Source: Octopus vulgaris
Lineage: Eukaryota
NCBI GenBank assembly: GCA_951406725.2
Contig: OX597822.1
Coordinates: 22,134,001 to 22,198,000, forward strand
Direction of reading: 5' to 3'
DNA: 64,000 nt
Shown: positions 40,129-54,597 of the stretch, in pieces
How positions within the stretch are numbered: position 1 is the first letter of the stretch
Layout of the letters: the number at the start of each line of letters is the position of its first letter
Notes under the pieces: model-generated
Told to the model about the DNA's origin: nothing
The model's input: the letters and a program-made list of their open reading frames with translations, nothing else
Databases searched by the model: none
Translations under genes and position numbers: made by a program

Positions 40129-41676
40129 CTATGTCAGTTCTTCTCCTGTACCTCTTGTAACACTATTACAATAGTTTCTGCTCTGTGTAACTGTAAACTG
40201 GGTTCTAACTCATCTCTGGCCCACCCACTCTATGTGACTCTTCTTTTCCACTTATACATTTTGTGTATCATCTCTTGGGTGTAAGACATAATCTGACATC
40301 TGTTTCAACACCACCACCTGAACCTTGATTATCTTTAATCAAGTCTACTTTGTTGCAAGCATTTGAGCCATTTTCCCAGTTTGAGAAGGACTTCTTCTCT
40401 TACTCCCACCGATCTTGAAGATCTGAAAGTGATCAAGGGTGCTGCTTCCCTACCACCACCACCACTACTCTTCCTACTGACTAATCTGTAAAAATATTAC
40501 ACAAAACATTTTTTGCCTTGTCTTTCAAATTCTCTCCTTGCTTGAGGCATAAGAATACCTTAACATGATCATTTAGTTTGTTAGAAATAACAATCAATTT
40601 TCTCTTGAAATACTGCCTGACATCGTTAAAATTGGGAGGGAATACAGGATAATATGATCCTATATATTTTATACTTTATATTCAGTAGACTTCAGTAGGT
40701 GTGGTTTTTGCCCTTCTTTACGTCGGCTGTCACACCACTACCATCATCAACAACATTTTAACTTCCCCTTTTCCTTGCCTGATAATTTGTTGGGGATTGA
40801 TTTTCTATGGCTGGTTGCTTTTCTCTTCACCAACTTTCACCTGTTTCCAATTTTGTATTTCATCCTTCCATCCTAGATAAAATATAGCAACAGTCAAGTA
40901 CTGGGGTCATTTTAATTGATTCACCTCCTAGCCACAAATTTCAAGCCTTGTGGGCATTTATATTTGAATTTTATTATTATTATTATAATTTTTTTTTTTT
41001 TTTTTTTTAAATATTAAATCATATAATAATCTGAGTTTTCACCTCTGATGATCTCAGTCAACCTGTCAGCAAAACTAAGAATAATTTCAGGTTCATGGAT
41101 GAATGAGTTATGTTGGAAAAGTTATCAAAATATCAAAAAGTGTAACAAATTGTTAAAAATAAGTCAAGTGTGAACAATTATTTTTTTTTTAAATGTAGAC
41201 TTTAAAAATAACAACAAAAATAAATGCTAACAAACTTCTGTGTGACTGCAGTATGAAGATGGAGTTGCTATAGTATTTATATATAATGTAATTGTTACCA
41301 ATAGAACACTTAATTTTGCTTCCTTCAATTCATATCTTGGTGTAAGGAATAAGTAGCAGCCATGTGGAAATATTTCCAGTTAGAGACTGCCATCTGTTGG
41401 CCAGGGACATTGTTCTCAGAATTGTTAGTGTTAGAAAAAAACCCTTGCAGTACTTGTTCTGGCTTTTTATACTCAAGTTCAGATCACTCTTGCACAGCTG
41501 TATTTTTCACTGTCCCCGCCATCAAACCCAAGGTTGATAAAATAATGCATCATTCTTCCTTTCAAACTTGTTTGCCTTGTGCCTAAATTAGAAACATTCT
41601 ATTAACAATCTAGTGACAGAAATTATGCATCTTCTCAATATTTGCATCCTGGCCATGACGGTATCCTAAAAAATAT

Positions 41677-42138
41677 TGGCTTCAAATTTTGGCACAAGGT
41701 CAGCAGTTTCCAGGGAGTGAGTAAGTCAATTGCATCAACCTCAATATTCAACTGGTACTTATTTTATTTGCCCAAAAAAGATGAAATGCAAAGTCAACCC
41801 CAGCAGCATTTGAACTCAGAACTTAAAGACAGATGAAATACCACTAAGCATTTTGTCCCACATGCTAACAAGTCTGCCAACTTGCTGCCTTAATCCTTAA
41901 AAATATTGGTTCCAAATTTTGACATAAAGTCACTAATTTGGGGAGAGGGAGAATAGTTAATTACATCAACCCCAGTATTCAACTAGTACTTATTTTGTCA
42001 ACTCTGGAATGAAAGGCAAAGTCGACCTCATCAGAATTTGAACTCAGAACATGAACAATATACTATTAACCAATGGACAAAATGCTGCTTAGAATTTTTT
42101 TCCCAGCATGCCAAAGACTCTGCCAATTCACTACCTTA
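41677..42138 (-). mobile_element. Tandem pair of the same SINE
   Basis: Two consecutive ~220-bp homologous units, each preceded by TAAAAATATTGG. Confidence 0.75.
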
Positions 42139-44152
42139 ATCTTTTAGAAGTATTTAAAAACAAAAAACAGCTGAAGATATAGCTATAAAAGCCTTATAAT
42201 AAACAGCTTTCCTAAAATGTCATACAATGATTTTAAACACTGAGTCTATACATATGTTATCAAACAGAACAATTGAATATAAACTTCTAATAACTGCTGT
42301 TAGAGAATGTAGGAGATTAGAACTGAACCTAGCAATGACAAATTAGGCTTGAGATTCCAGGAAGCATTGGCTTGCAAATATAAAGACAAATTCTTTTAAT
42401 TTCTAACTGGATTTAGTAAGGAAAAATTAGCATTGCTTGACAAGAGGTGAGTATGTGTATTCTTCATAGCTCTCTCTCAAACTTCTGGCATTATTCTTGA
42501 TGCAGAAATGCTCTTAATACTGAGAAAAGCACGCAGACCTCAAGGACATTTGATAATGTTCCATCTTATGGCATAATATCTCTGTTAGTTGATTGGTTAA
42601 TAATCAGAGCACATTGCAAGATCAGAACATGATCCACGTGTGTTCCAAACTAGCAAATGAAATATGTTAGGTTTGATTCCTGATCTTACTCTAGTTATAT
42701 AAACAGATTTAATTTGTTATCTGGTTTAAAAACATCACCTTCTGGCACCAGAGGCACCTTTAGTGGAATCCACTCTGCTATAAGGTATCCAAACCAGAAT
42801 TTGAGGATTCATTTCTTCTTTCATTGCACCTGTCTTGGAAGCCCTGTAAAGGATTATGGGTACTGTCTTCCCTCTTGGGAACAAAGAAATGATTGACTAA
42901 AAAGTGACAAAATTATTCAATGAAATATTCTTCCATAATTATAACTCTCAGTGAGAAGTAGGTTGTTCCTATTTATCTCTAGATTCAATACAACTGTTTA
43001 ACCCACACCTATAAGATCATGAAGTCAACACCAGAGCGTCTGGAATAGCATATTCATATATTCAAAATAATTCTTATTTTACCCATGCCAACATGGAAGG
43101 TGGACAGTAAACGATAATGATGATGATGATGGTGGTGATGATGGCATCATAAAAATACAAAATCTATTTATCATTAAAAGTATATCATTTATCATTTTCT
43201 TCATTTTATCTAGTTTCAGCTCACGAGCTGTGGCCATGCTGGGGCACCGCCATTCGGTGTTGCTACATGATTTTACTTCACAAATGCTTTTTAGCAATTG
43301 ACATTTGGTGCATGAGCGAGTTTGATGCAGCTTCCCTCATCTGCACCTCCTGCCAATGTGTACAGCAATGCTAAAAGATGTTAATTTTTTATATATACTA
43401 CATTATTTTATGGAAAAAATTAATACATATTTACATCATTGCAACACATTGCATTTTAACATAAACCTTAAAGATTTTAAAAGAATGTAAACATATCATT
43501 GTGTAGCACCTTAGGCAAGTATTTTTTGCTGTGGATACCTTGTGAGTAGACATTGGTAAGCAAAAATTGCATGGAAGTATTTTTTGTGGATGTCTTTGTT
43601 TGTATGTATGTGAGTTTATGTATGTGTGTATGTATATGTGTATGTGTGTGTGTGAGTGTTTGTTTGTTCAAGTTCATGTCTCTGTTTATGTTTACTAATG
43701 TCTCAGGTTGTATCCCTTCAAGTAAAATTACACAGCATAGCAATTCAATAAATACAGATCAATGAAACAAATATAAGAGTGATACATGTACTGGGGGTTA
43801 ATATGATTGACTAAAATCCTTGAGAGTAGTGCTCCAGGAAGCCTGCAACCAGATAGCTGAAATATGTGAAAACCTAACAAAATATTCTGTAACTATCAAT
43901 ATATCAATGGAAAACTCTGGTGTGATGTAAAGTGTTAATTAACTTTATACAAAAGCAATGACTCCTTAAACTTCTTCCAAGAATTCATTATTATAGCTAT
44001 CATGATTTCACAATTCTGTGTCTTTTGCAGAGCTGTATTATTAACATATACTTTATTATTTATACAAACATATATATATATATATCATACATAGGTATAT
44101 ATGTATGTATATGTATATATTATAAAGGATATATATATGCATATATTATAAA

Positions 44153-44202
<50 letters not shown>

Positions 44203-44291
44203 TATGTTGTATAAAGTGATTTATCATTATAATATATGAAAGTCATCACAAGCAAATTTCATACTTTAATTCTTCAATTGTTTCTTCTTAG

Positions 44292-44423
44292 GGAGCTAGT
44301 ATTCTGAATATGTTACAAGAATTCTTGGGAAAGGAACGTTTCAGGAAAAGGGTATGTAATTACCTGAAAAAATTTCCATATTTAAATGCAGAAACTAAGG
44401 ATTTATGGGAAATGCTCTCATCG
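44292..44423 (+). CDS. Internal coding exon of an M1-family zinc aminopeptidase (ERAP/aminopeptidase N-like)
   Basis: Acceptor TTTCTCTTTAG, donor GTAAGT, 132 nt, phase 0/0. Translates GASILNMLQEFLGKERFRKRVCNYLKKFPYLNAETKDLWEMLSS, matching the M1 segment (K)GAxILxML..F....YL..F.Y.NA...DLW that follows the catalytic Tyr. Confidence 0.88.
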
Positions 44424-45379
44424 GTAAGTCCCACATCTTTTATTTATTTTTATTTTTATTATTATTGGAAATGCTCCTTCTCTTCAGCTAAAAGAATTAA
44501 ATGTTGATTCAAATTGGTTGAATAAAATTTAGATAAGACTTGATCTTGAAAGTCCAGGTAGGAAAAATTTGTACCAGTGACTAATAAAAAATTGCTAGTT
44601 TTGTGTTTTGCAGTGAAAGAATGTTTCAGACAACTCTGAGAAAATTGGATTATTACTAAGTTTTATTGAATGAGGTTTTTCTCTTTTAGATTATTTTCCA
44701 AATGTGAATCCTTTAGACTGTATGGATGTCCACTTCAACCCCTGGGATAGACAAAATGTCAGTCTTTTGGACAGGGATTTATATTTTGGGGAAAGATTTT
44801 TCCTGTGTTTACATGTAATAATTCAATATACTTCTTCTTACTGGAGAAGTTGGAAGAGGGGCTAAAAATAAAGGAAATAGCTCTGATATGCTTCCACCAA
44901 CTAAAAACAAAAAAAAAAGAAAACCAATTTTCAAATACACAAAGCAAAAAATGATTTTGAAAAATGATAAATTAAAAAAAGAATAAAATGGGAAAATGGC
45001 AATACACAATCAGTTACATGTAAAATCAGATAGTCACAATTTGATACCCAGAAATATAAGTAAAAGCACTAACAGCAACAAAGTTGCAATCTTGTATATT
45101 AACAAAAATACTTAACTTTTCCTTTGCTAGCATTACAAAACAAAGAGAGGTTTTAAACATAGGTGAAACCCATTTAACAGTAGAATAATATTTAGCAGAA
45201 AAAAGTGCTTTTTTTACCTAAGAATTTGCTTGAGAATATGAAAGGAGGAAGGTGAGATACATCTGCTTCAAGAAAACTAGAAGTTTCCATATATCCTTCA
45301 AAAAATAGTTAAAAGACGCCAAAGTGGCCTGATATGTGTTCTGTAAACAGTAGTAGGGTATAAGGAAGTATGTGATTGA

Positions 45380-45535
45380 CAGGGCTGGCTCAAGGTACCA
45401 ATAACTCAGGCAGTCACCTGGGGCGCCATATGCTAAGGTAGGTGTGACAAAGACAAGGAAATTTCCATGACCTTCAGCTTGGACACGCTGAAGTTCAGCT
45501 TGCCCGGGGTGCCAGCAGCCCTAGGGCCAGCCCTT
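45380..45535. mobile_element. hAT-type MITE
   Basis: TIR CAGGGCTGGC / GCCAGCCCTT; 8-bp target duplication GTGATTGA (45372-45379) / GTGATTGG (45536-45543). Confidence 0.75.
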
Positions 45536-46394
45536 GTGATTGGTGTTTAAACTGAGTATGAAACAAGAAACCAGGTTTAACTTAAACATGGATAAATGTA
45601 ACACATATATCACAAGGGACTTTGGTGGCAACAGTGACCCTTGGCTTGTTGCTACTTTTGTAACAATGTATGGTTAGGTAGCGAAAGTGGTGAGTGTGGA
45701 AGTGACATAAAATGGTATATAGGTCTGTAGGAACTCCTGGAATGTGCAGGTCTTGATATCTCTTAAAGACCATAGATGTTCTGGAGATGTTCCCCATTTT
45801 CACTGCAGAGAGAGAGAGAGAGAGAAAGTCAATAATACTGCTGCACAGAGCAGAAACACCACTTGTTACACCTGTAAAAGACCTGTTTAAGGGTTTAATA
45901 TGTTCAGAGGACCTAGAAAGGCAGAGAGAGGAAGTGGACAACAGTTTGTGTCAGAAGCTGGTATTTCCAGAACAACACCAGTCAGAGAAAAGTCACTTCA
46001 TTCTCAGAGCCAAAACCATGGAAACCTTTTCCCAGGCCCCAATCATAACACTACCCTATCATATTGCAATGCTGGAAAGGTGATGAAGAATTTTTTTGAT
46101 ATTCTGAGGAAAAAATAAACTATGACATTCAGTCTGTTCATCTTATAACTGTAGCACTGTTATGTTAACTCAGGTCAGCCCAGATGCAATAGATATAAAG
46201 AGACACCTTCAGACACCTGCAAACACATATACATGCACATTAATACTAGATTTGATATTTTCAACTAAAACTCTTCAAGGTAATACTCCAGTATGGACCC
46301 AGTCCAATATTAAAAAACTAATAAAAGAATAAAAGAGTAACATAAGAAGATACAAAACAGTTTTCTCATGCAGTTTATTGAATGTACACTGTTA

Positions 46395-48452
46395 ACAGAG
46401 CTTCTCTTTCAGGATTCTCATATCCTGAATTCTCCACAAAATTAACTAAGAATTGAGAATTCCTAGGATTGTATTCTATTTCACAAGAATTTCTGATTGT
46501 ATTATTTAAAAACTAATTACAAATTGCAAGTCCATCTTCAAGTGCTCAGGTGCTTCAATAAGCAGTCTTATATGCCATTTAAAGATTACTCACAAAGAAA
46601 TTTTCTCAGAAACTACAATTAAAATAGAAAAATCTCCTTCAAAAAGAATTGATCAACAAAAATCTCTTCTTTATTGAAATACAGACTAACTCTGCAGAAG
46701 AAATAGTATCCAAATTAATTGCAACTGATAAACTTTCCATGAATGCAATAATTAAAAATGCTTTCTTTGTAAAGCTATTACAGAAAAAATTTTGCTTTTT
46801 CCAAAAAGTGGCTCATTTAATGCAGATGATTCAGTAACAATAGTACTGATGAATAATTGTGATTCGTAGAATAAATAAAGAAAGGACTTTGGATAATTCT
46901 GCATTTCTTTATTTTAAGTGCATAGCTTTGTGTAATTGTAGAAATTTGAATGTAAATGTACACTAATCTGGTAAATTCTGGAATTTAGAAATGATCAGAA
47001 TTTATGAAACTTTACCTGCTGAAAAAGAAAAATATAGTGAACGTTTAGAAAAAAAAAAACTTTCTGAATTCAACTTTGATTTGCAAAAAAGAATAGTTTC
47101 AGTTATAACTTATGGAACAAGTGTAATGGTTGAATTTGGTTAAAATAATAATTGTGAGCACCATGACTCTACTTGCAGTGTTCTTTACAAGATGTGAATC
47201 AAATAGTGATGAAGCTAATTCAACAAATGACCCTTGCAGTGTTGATGATGAGTTTGAACATACAGTTGAAGATGATGAAATCAATAATATCAATCTGTAT
47301 CAAATTGGATTCAGTGAAATAGTTTCTACGACAAGACTTTTCCACAGAAGAAAATTCAAGTATTGACGATGTCATTAAAAAAATTAAAACAATTGTCAGT
47401 TAATTTCATAGTTCAACAACAAAGAAACGAGATATTTCAGACAAATATGTTAAAGAGGAGCATAGTCATGAATAGTAATTAATGAATTACTAAAGATAGA
47501 ATGGTTTATTTTCAGTGATAGAATGATTCTTGTTATTTAAAAGTTGTATTGCAAATGCTACGATTGAAATGTTGCATCTTCTCAACCTTACAGTCAATGA
47601 ATTTAATGCCGTTCATGTAGTTGTATCAGATTGGAACCTATTAAAATTGGAGTTGAGAAATTAGGTGGAAAGAATACAATCTTGATCTCTGTAAAACACA
47701 TATTTGCTTTCATTTTGGAATTGAATCAACAGAATATGTCAATATTCCTGTTGCTCAATGAATGCATCCAGAAAATAATTTATCAAAAAAAGGAATAAAA
47801 TTCTGAATGGATTAATGAATTGTTTAAATAATCCTCTTTTAATTTTTGGATGTATTTGACTAATTTCTAATTTTGCCATCAGAAATTTCACTACAAAACA
47901 TCACAAAGAAACAGTATGAATATTCATCTCTTTCTTGGAAGAATCCCTGAATCTAAATCCATGAAGCACCCATTCTGTCAAAAAAAGTGTCCCTACAACA
48001 AGGATTAAATGTTTCATTAATGAAGTTGTTGAAAAAAATCAAATGACATTCATTAATTTTTTTACATGGAAAAAGACAAAATCAAAGAGATGAAAGGATT
48101 TGAAAAACGGGACATAGAACTGTTAACTTACTGAAACTGTTCTTTGCCTTCAGTAATATTCTTTCAAGTTCTGTCAAAATACAGATGTTGTTCACTGCAG
48201 AGAACTCTTAGTAACAAAATTACCATCAAGTTTGAGTGACAACACACCACAAACAACCTGACTGAAATAGTTTTAATATTCAAGAAAAGCATTTTGTGTG
48301 TGTGTGTGTGTGTGTTTTTGTAATTTTTACCATTTTGTATACAAGTAAACACGCATAGTTTTTAGTGGCCTATTCTTGATAAGGCAGGAATTTTTGTTTT
48401 ATACTTCTGATTTTCTGGAAATGACAAAGTTATTGGAAATTGCAAAGCTCTA
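46395..48452 (+). mobile_element. Decayed hAT-like DNA transposon
   Basis: BED-finger-like CKSIFKCSGASISSLICHLKITH (~46525), AEEIVSKLIATDKLS, TYGTSVMVEFG (TDGAS-like); weak terminal match CAGAGCTT/AAGCTCTA; boundaries approximate. Confidence 0.5.
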
Positions 48453-49139
48453 ATTGTCACACTTGCAATCTGTCTGATGGCAAACGCTTTCATAATCTAT
48501 ATCATCATCATCATCATTATCATTGCCCTTTTAATGTCCAATATTTCATGCATGCATGGGTAAAACAAAATTTGTTGAAACAGATTTTCTATGGTTAGAC
48601 AAACTTCTTATCACCATCCCACAACACACAGGCTTCATCTGACAAGTTCCACTCACAAGGAATTGATTATGAGAACATTAAATAAGCTATATCACATTGT
48701 CTTGGTGTCCTATAAATAGGACACCAAATATTTCCATTTTTACTTGAAGTAAAGGAGTTTTAATCATTATTTGTTTTCATTTTAACCTATTTTCAATCAT
48801 CTGTAAAAATTTGAAAGTAATATTCAGAAATCTAAGTACTCTGGGACTTAATGGGTTAACCTGGAGTACATTGGAAGACAATACCCACGTGGTACAATTA
48901 GACCAAACTGGAACTAAATGATTGTAAAGTGGGTTTCTTACCACTTGGCTATTGTTGACTATTTTGACACAAAGAGATGTTAGTTAGTCAGTTAGTTAAT
49001 ATTTTGGCTCAAAAAGCAAAAAGCAAGGCCATGTAGGGGGACATGGAGTTATGTACAGGGTGGTGTTCATGCAAAGAGTTCAGGCCATTTGTGGTCAAGA
49101 GAGACTTTGAACCGAGCGGTCGAGATGAGGGGTATTAGA

Positions 49140-49950
49140 TTGTGTGACATGGATTGGGAATTCAAACACTTTGTAATCTGTTTCATTGCATATAATTGCA
49201 ATAAATATTCTAATTATCTGGAATTTGAGAAATAGTTATTAATTCCTGTGGAAACGTTAGTCATGGTACATATATTTCTCATTATAACAAAGGACTAAAT
49301 ATAAGCTAATAAATTTCCTGTGATAGATTATGGTACTCATTGATCTGATACTTATTTTGGTTTGATTCCTATCTTAAGTTGTCTCTGTTCCGTGTCTTAG
49401 TAGATCTAGAGTAGAATTGGTTCACATTAGAATTAATTTGATGGGTATTAGCTTCACATCTGAATAGATATGTGATAGATTTGTTATAAGTAGATCTGAG
49501 ATTGTTGTTTTTGATCTTTGGGGAGATCTGAGTGAGATTTTTTTATATCTACTTCACCTGGCAACAAACCAAATAAGATTTTTCTTGTTACAAACCTGGT
49601 GACTAATATCATCTATATTTGGATCGTTGGCTTGGGTAACCAAGTCAGAAAATAGTCTATAATTGATTTGACTTCAACTTAGGCTGGATGATTCTTTATT
49701 GTAGGAAAACCAACTGGATACCAGACATGCTTAAATCAGGTGAAATATTTAATATACCCCCGTTTCACATTGCCACCAGGTTTTTGGGTGTCTTCAGCTA
49801 AGTTTACTCTGTTCAAAGCTTTTGAAGTGCATCTCCATGAAGTGCAACATCCATGTTTTTCCCTATGAACAATATTTGGGCTGGGCATCAACTGGGTCCC
49901 ATCTCACTATTCTGTAAGTACCTGTATTGTTGGTCAGAGTACTGCATCTC
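49140..49950 (-). mobile_element. Possible highly decayed PLE RT/endonuclease remnant
   Basis: Fragmentary minus-strand translations NKKNLIWF, STIIY, INNYFSN and DVALHGDAL resemble the PLE motifs above in collinear order; many stops and frameshifts. Confidence 0.4.
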
Positions 49951-50227
49951 CTTCTCTAAGTAGCTTATATTAAACAAATATCAAGTGTTGACCACCTACC
50001 TTATAACTTTGTTCAGTTGGTGAAATTTGATATCAAATTATGTACTCTATTTGTAACTTATTGACATTGCATATCAGTTTAATATTTTGGTTTTACAAAT
50101 ACATGTTCTGGGCACAGCAAAGGTATCAAATAAATGAAGGATATGATATAATTTTTATATTCTTTTTTTTTAGCTAATAAATTCACTTTGATATTATTTT
50201 AATATTTTGTTTTTTTTTATTTTGCAG

Positions 50228-50254
50228 GATTTACCTGATAAAAACAATACACAG
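50228..50254 (+). CDS. Probable 27-nt microexon (DLPDKNNTQ) of the same aminopeptidase gene
   Basis: Long T-rich tract ending TTTTGCAG, donor GTGAGA, phase 0/0 compatible with the 44292-44423 exon; falls where M1 peptidases have a variable loop. No homology proof. Confidence 0.55.
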
Positions 50255-50321
50255 GTGAGATTTGTTTTTTTTTTTCTTTTAATTTGTGTTTCATTTTTTA
50301 ATCTTTGTATCTGCTTCTAAA

Positions 50322-50362
<41 letters not shown>

Positions 50363-50363
50363 T

Positions 50364-50419
<56 letters not shown>

Positions 50420-52344
50420 AAATAGATTAAAATTTTCAATAAAAATATATCTTGTATTTGGCAAGAAACTGGAGGAGGAGGAGGAGGAGGAGGTCAGTGA
50501 GGACTTGACTAAAGATAAAAGTGTCCATCTTCAGTCTCATGCACAGAAAAACCTGCTCTTGCTTCTTCTTAGCCAAAAAAAAAGTGATAAGATAAGTTTC
50601 ACAATCGCATCAACAAGTAGCTCTCAACAAGTACACACAACAACTACTGTTCTACAAAACAAAAACCAGAATGCATGCTGAATGGATTCTTCTTTACTTC
50701 ATGCTCATTTTAGGCTGGGATATCAGTTTTTTCATTCTTGTAAATTTTGTATTGAGCCAGCACCCACACTGACCAGCAAGTTGGTTCTCATTAATATTTG
50801 GAGTTTCCTAGAGATGGGCATCACATTTGTCCTCCACCATTGCTCTATGAAATGCTAATGTGGAAGTTCCATTGACTCCATTGCTGAACTGGTGAAAAAA
50901 TATGAGTGCCTGGCGACATTTAAGAGGTCAAATAGTCAGTGTTAGTCTTTGGTCCAGGACTGCAGTTCCATCAATGTGTTGAGCTGTTGAAAAACATACC
51001 TGATGAAGTGCATTTACACCTCCACACCAGGGATCACTGAAGACATTGCAGCCTCAGTGCATCTCTTGGTATTATCAGCCTCTGCACATAACTAGCTGAC
51101 TGCAGACATACTACCCTGATTAGTGAGACATGCATTAGTGAGTCCTATGCACTCAAAGTAACAGAACAGATACCTCATCTGTTCAGATGAAAACTAGTGC
51201 AAGAAAGGCAGTCAGTCAATAATTTATAATGGAGGAAAGTATTTATTTCTAGATGAGATTGGCAACCCTGCTTGTAAACTCATTCCATTTCCTAAATACC
51301 AGGTAGTGTGGATCAAAACAAGCTCCAAGTGACTTAAATAAACTATCCAGGATCTTAATACAACATGGAGTTGCCTCCCCAGGTACTGGATTTTCCAGTT
51401 TAATCTTTACTCCTATTTCTGTCTTGTGTATCTTTAGAATGAAACTAAATACCTTCATTTATTTGGTGTCTTACACTATTACAGTGATGTCTTCTGCCTT
51501 TGCAACATAACTGTCTTGTGTCCCAGTTTTACTGGTATGTGTCTAAATACCTTTGGTTTTACCTTTAGTGACTTGGGTGTCATTGTATACAAAAGACATA
51601 CATTAGTGACAGAAGCAGTACTAATACTGAGAGGTAATGTTTATTCCCACTTAAATGTGAGTGTCCTGATAGCACGAACTTTACTGCAGTAGATATCATA
51701 AGAAAACTCTCATATAGGCTTTTGGTGCCAAATTAGCCAGTGAGCTAGTTAAAAAAATTAATTACTTAAAAAAGAAATTGAGAGAGAACATCCTTGATGG
51801 AGTGAGTGCATGATTCAAAACAATTCCAATGAGTAGCTATTTACTGTAACAACCAAGCAGATGTCAATGTACATAGAGGTAATCCAGTATCTGAAAACGG
51901 GACCAGAACGAGCTGCCATCCCTAGCCCTGTTAAAAGTTTTGAACTGATCCAAGTTGATTGGCTGCCGACCAAAACTAGATTTTAATCAAGCTTTATTAC
52001 AATGTTCCACATGAAGTGAAACCTGTTTTTCTTGGCCACACTACTGATGACAAGTATCTACTTCTAGTACCTGGCCAAAATCGGGAACACAGCAGCTACC
52101 ATTGTAGGTGCTACCACCATGGGTGATATTATTATTACTCTTGGTGTTACTTTGATTTTAGTATTGGCAACAGAATAGTCTTTCAGTCTGTTGCTCTCTG
52201 TTGTGGGTAGAAGGCCCTTAGGAGGTTGTTACTAGTACATATATAGCACCTAGGCCTTCTACAGCCCAGTATAACATATAAGCTGGAGTTACTGCACCTT
52301 CACCTCTTACGAAAGATGCCTCTTAAGCTAACAGGAAAGTCTCA

Positions 52345-52745
52345 TCATCATCATCATCATTTAACGTCAGTTTTCAATGCTGGCATGGATTGGACGGTTT
52401 GACTGGAGATTGGCAAGCCAGTAGGCTGCACCAGGCTCCAATCTGATCTGGCAAGGTCTATAGCTGGATTCCCTTCCTAAGGCCAACCACTCTGAGAGTG
52501 TAGTGAGTGCTTTTTACATGCCACCAGCATGGGAACTAGTCAGGCAGCACTGGCATTGACCACATTTGGATGATGCTTTCTACATTCCACTGGCACAGGG
52601 AGCCAGTCAAATGCCACTAGCATTGACCCATGCTTCAATGGTGCTTGCTATATTCCACCAGATGGGTGCCAATCAGGTGGCACTGGCATCAACAACTACA
52701 ATATCCATTTTGATTTCGATCTTGATTTGATTTTGATTCTGATTT
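52345..52745 (-). mobile_element. RTE 3' UTR repeat
   Basis: (CAT)n TTAACGTC..GCATGGATTGGACGGTTTGACTG, homologous to 60097-60450. Confidence 0.8.
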
Positions 52746-54358
52746 TCTGTATAGAAATTCAATGTTCTTGACATAGCAACCAAGTATCCCAAAACATCAC
52801 ACCCAACCATCTTAAAAGTTAAAATTCAAAAAAACTTACAACCTCTCTTGTGTCGATACAATAATAACATGCACCCAACACACCTTGTAATGTGGTTGGT
52901 GTTTGGAAAGGCATCGGGGTGTAGAAACCAAGCCCAAACTATGATATTCAATTGAGATATGATCCTGCAACTCATCTAGGTGAGAATTAAATCAAATTAA
53001 TAAACAATTCAGACTAGAATAACTTGTCTAGTTCATACCAGCATGGAAAATGGATATAAAACTAATTATGATGGTGGCGGTGGTAGTGGGGGGGGGGTAA
53101 AAGGTCAAATGTTTATTGTTTTGATTCAGTGAAGAAGACACACATCTACATATGCCTAATCATGATCATGGTAGTGGTGGTGGCATAGTCTTACACATTT
53201 AAAGAAGATAGTGTGGTCATAATATGAATATCTTTGATTTGTTTGATCATGATTGGCCAGGGACTAAATAACAACAACAACAACAAAACATATAGGTAGA
53301 CATAGACTTTTCTACTTTTATTGACTTTTCCCAATCTATCTTATCCATTCAAATTTTCTCATGAGTTGAATATCTAATTCATGGACTTAGAGGTGTGTGT
53401 CTTACCTTTCATACAAAGCTGTAGTATCCAGTCATAAAGCGTCTACAACTAGAATTGATATCTAAAGGCAGAACTTAATAACTTACTTTATCTGAATTTA
53501 ATCGTTAAAAACTTGACCTTTGTCCTACAGTTTTAGCCTACGGGTATCTAGAATTTGTAGCTAGATGTCTCTTTGCTTCTCTTATTATTGAGAATTCACT
53601 TAATCGAGTAACTGGGATGTGAAGCAACAATTTTACGGCTTGCTTGCTGCATGTTGTTAAAGTTGTTGGTGTCAGTGTCAAAATGTAATTAACCTTATAT
53701 ACTATTTTCAGTCTCTCATATATTTATTCTGAATTTATTGAGTGGTTCCATCTATTTGCCACTAAAACTGTCGGATAAATATAAAATTGTGCACCCGTTA
53801 ATTCAATAGCCAAATTGTATTTGAAAGTTTTGTAGTTTGTCTTCTGATGGAAATGAACTACCAAATTCTTCAGAGCAATGTTAAATGTAAAAATGAAGTA
53901 TGCCTGGCATCATAAACATGTCCAGTTTAGAATCGAATTTATTTGTAAAGTTGACCAAAGATCAAATGAATACTACCATTGACTCCCTCTTAAACTGTAG
54001 GACTCTGTTAACCTTACACTTTCATTAGATAATTTCAGTTATCTTCTTTCTGATCTCTTGTATTGCTGTTGATCTTTGTCTGACATTGATCATTTCAGAT
54101 TCATATTTTAAGATTTATATTTTCATTCTCATCTTATTTTAAAAGAATAATACTCTTTGATATATTCATATTATTGTTGTTGATGTTTATACACACATCC
54201 TTACATGTTTAACCCTATACTCATTAGGGAATTATTCTTTCTAAGAACCCTGTATATTTGTACTAAACTGCTGATCCACTCTGTTGTTACCTAGAGTTTC
54301 TTATTTGATACAAGTCTTCACAAAACTGAGGTTTTAGATTATGCTATTGCTGCCTTGA

Positions 54359-54565
54359 CCCTTTAACATTTAAACCAGCTGTATCAGACCCAAATATTCT
54401 ATCCATTTTATGTTCAAACTAGCCAGATCTGGCTTCTCACATCTATTCTACAATGTTGTTCTAAAGAATAAAGTATCATATCGTTGAAATCTGATGCATG
54501 ATTAATTAATACCAACCTGAATAAATGAGCATTACATCTGTCAGAGTAATCTGAATGCTAAAGGT
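54359..54565 (+). mobile_element. TTAA-flanked MITE, copy 3
   Basis: TTGA-CCCTTTAACATT...AATGCTAAAGGT-TTAA. Confidence 0.72.
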
Positions 54566-54597
54566 TTAAAAATCACAGTAAGCAACTCTGAAAACTA

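Noticed and set aside
44690-44870. Possible next aminopeptidase exon (…PWDRQ…)
   Set aside because: The open frame is not phase-compatible with the preceding phase-0 donor, and the similarity is negligible.
48702-48727. Perfect 11-bp hairpin TTGGTGTCCTA/TAGGACACCAA
   Set aside because: Isolated; probably part of a MITE remnant ending GGGTTAA near 48859, with no further support.
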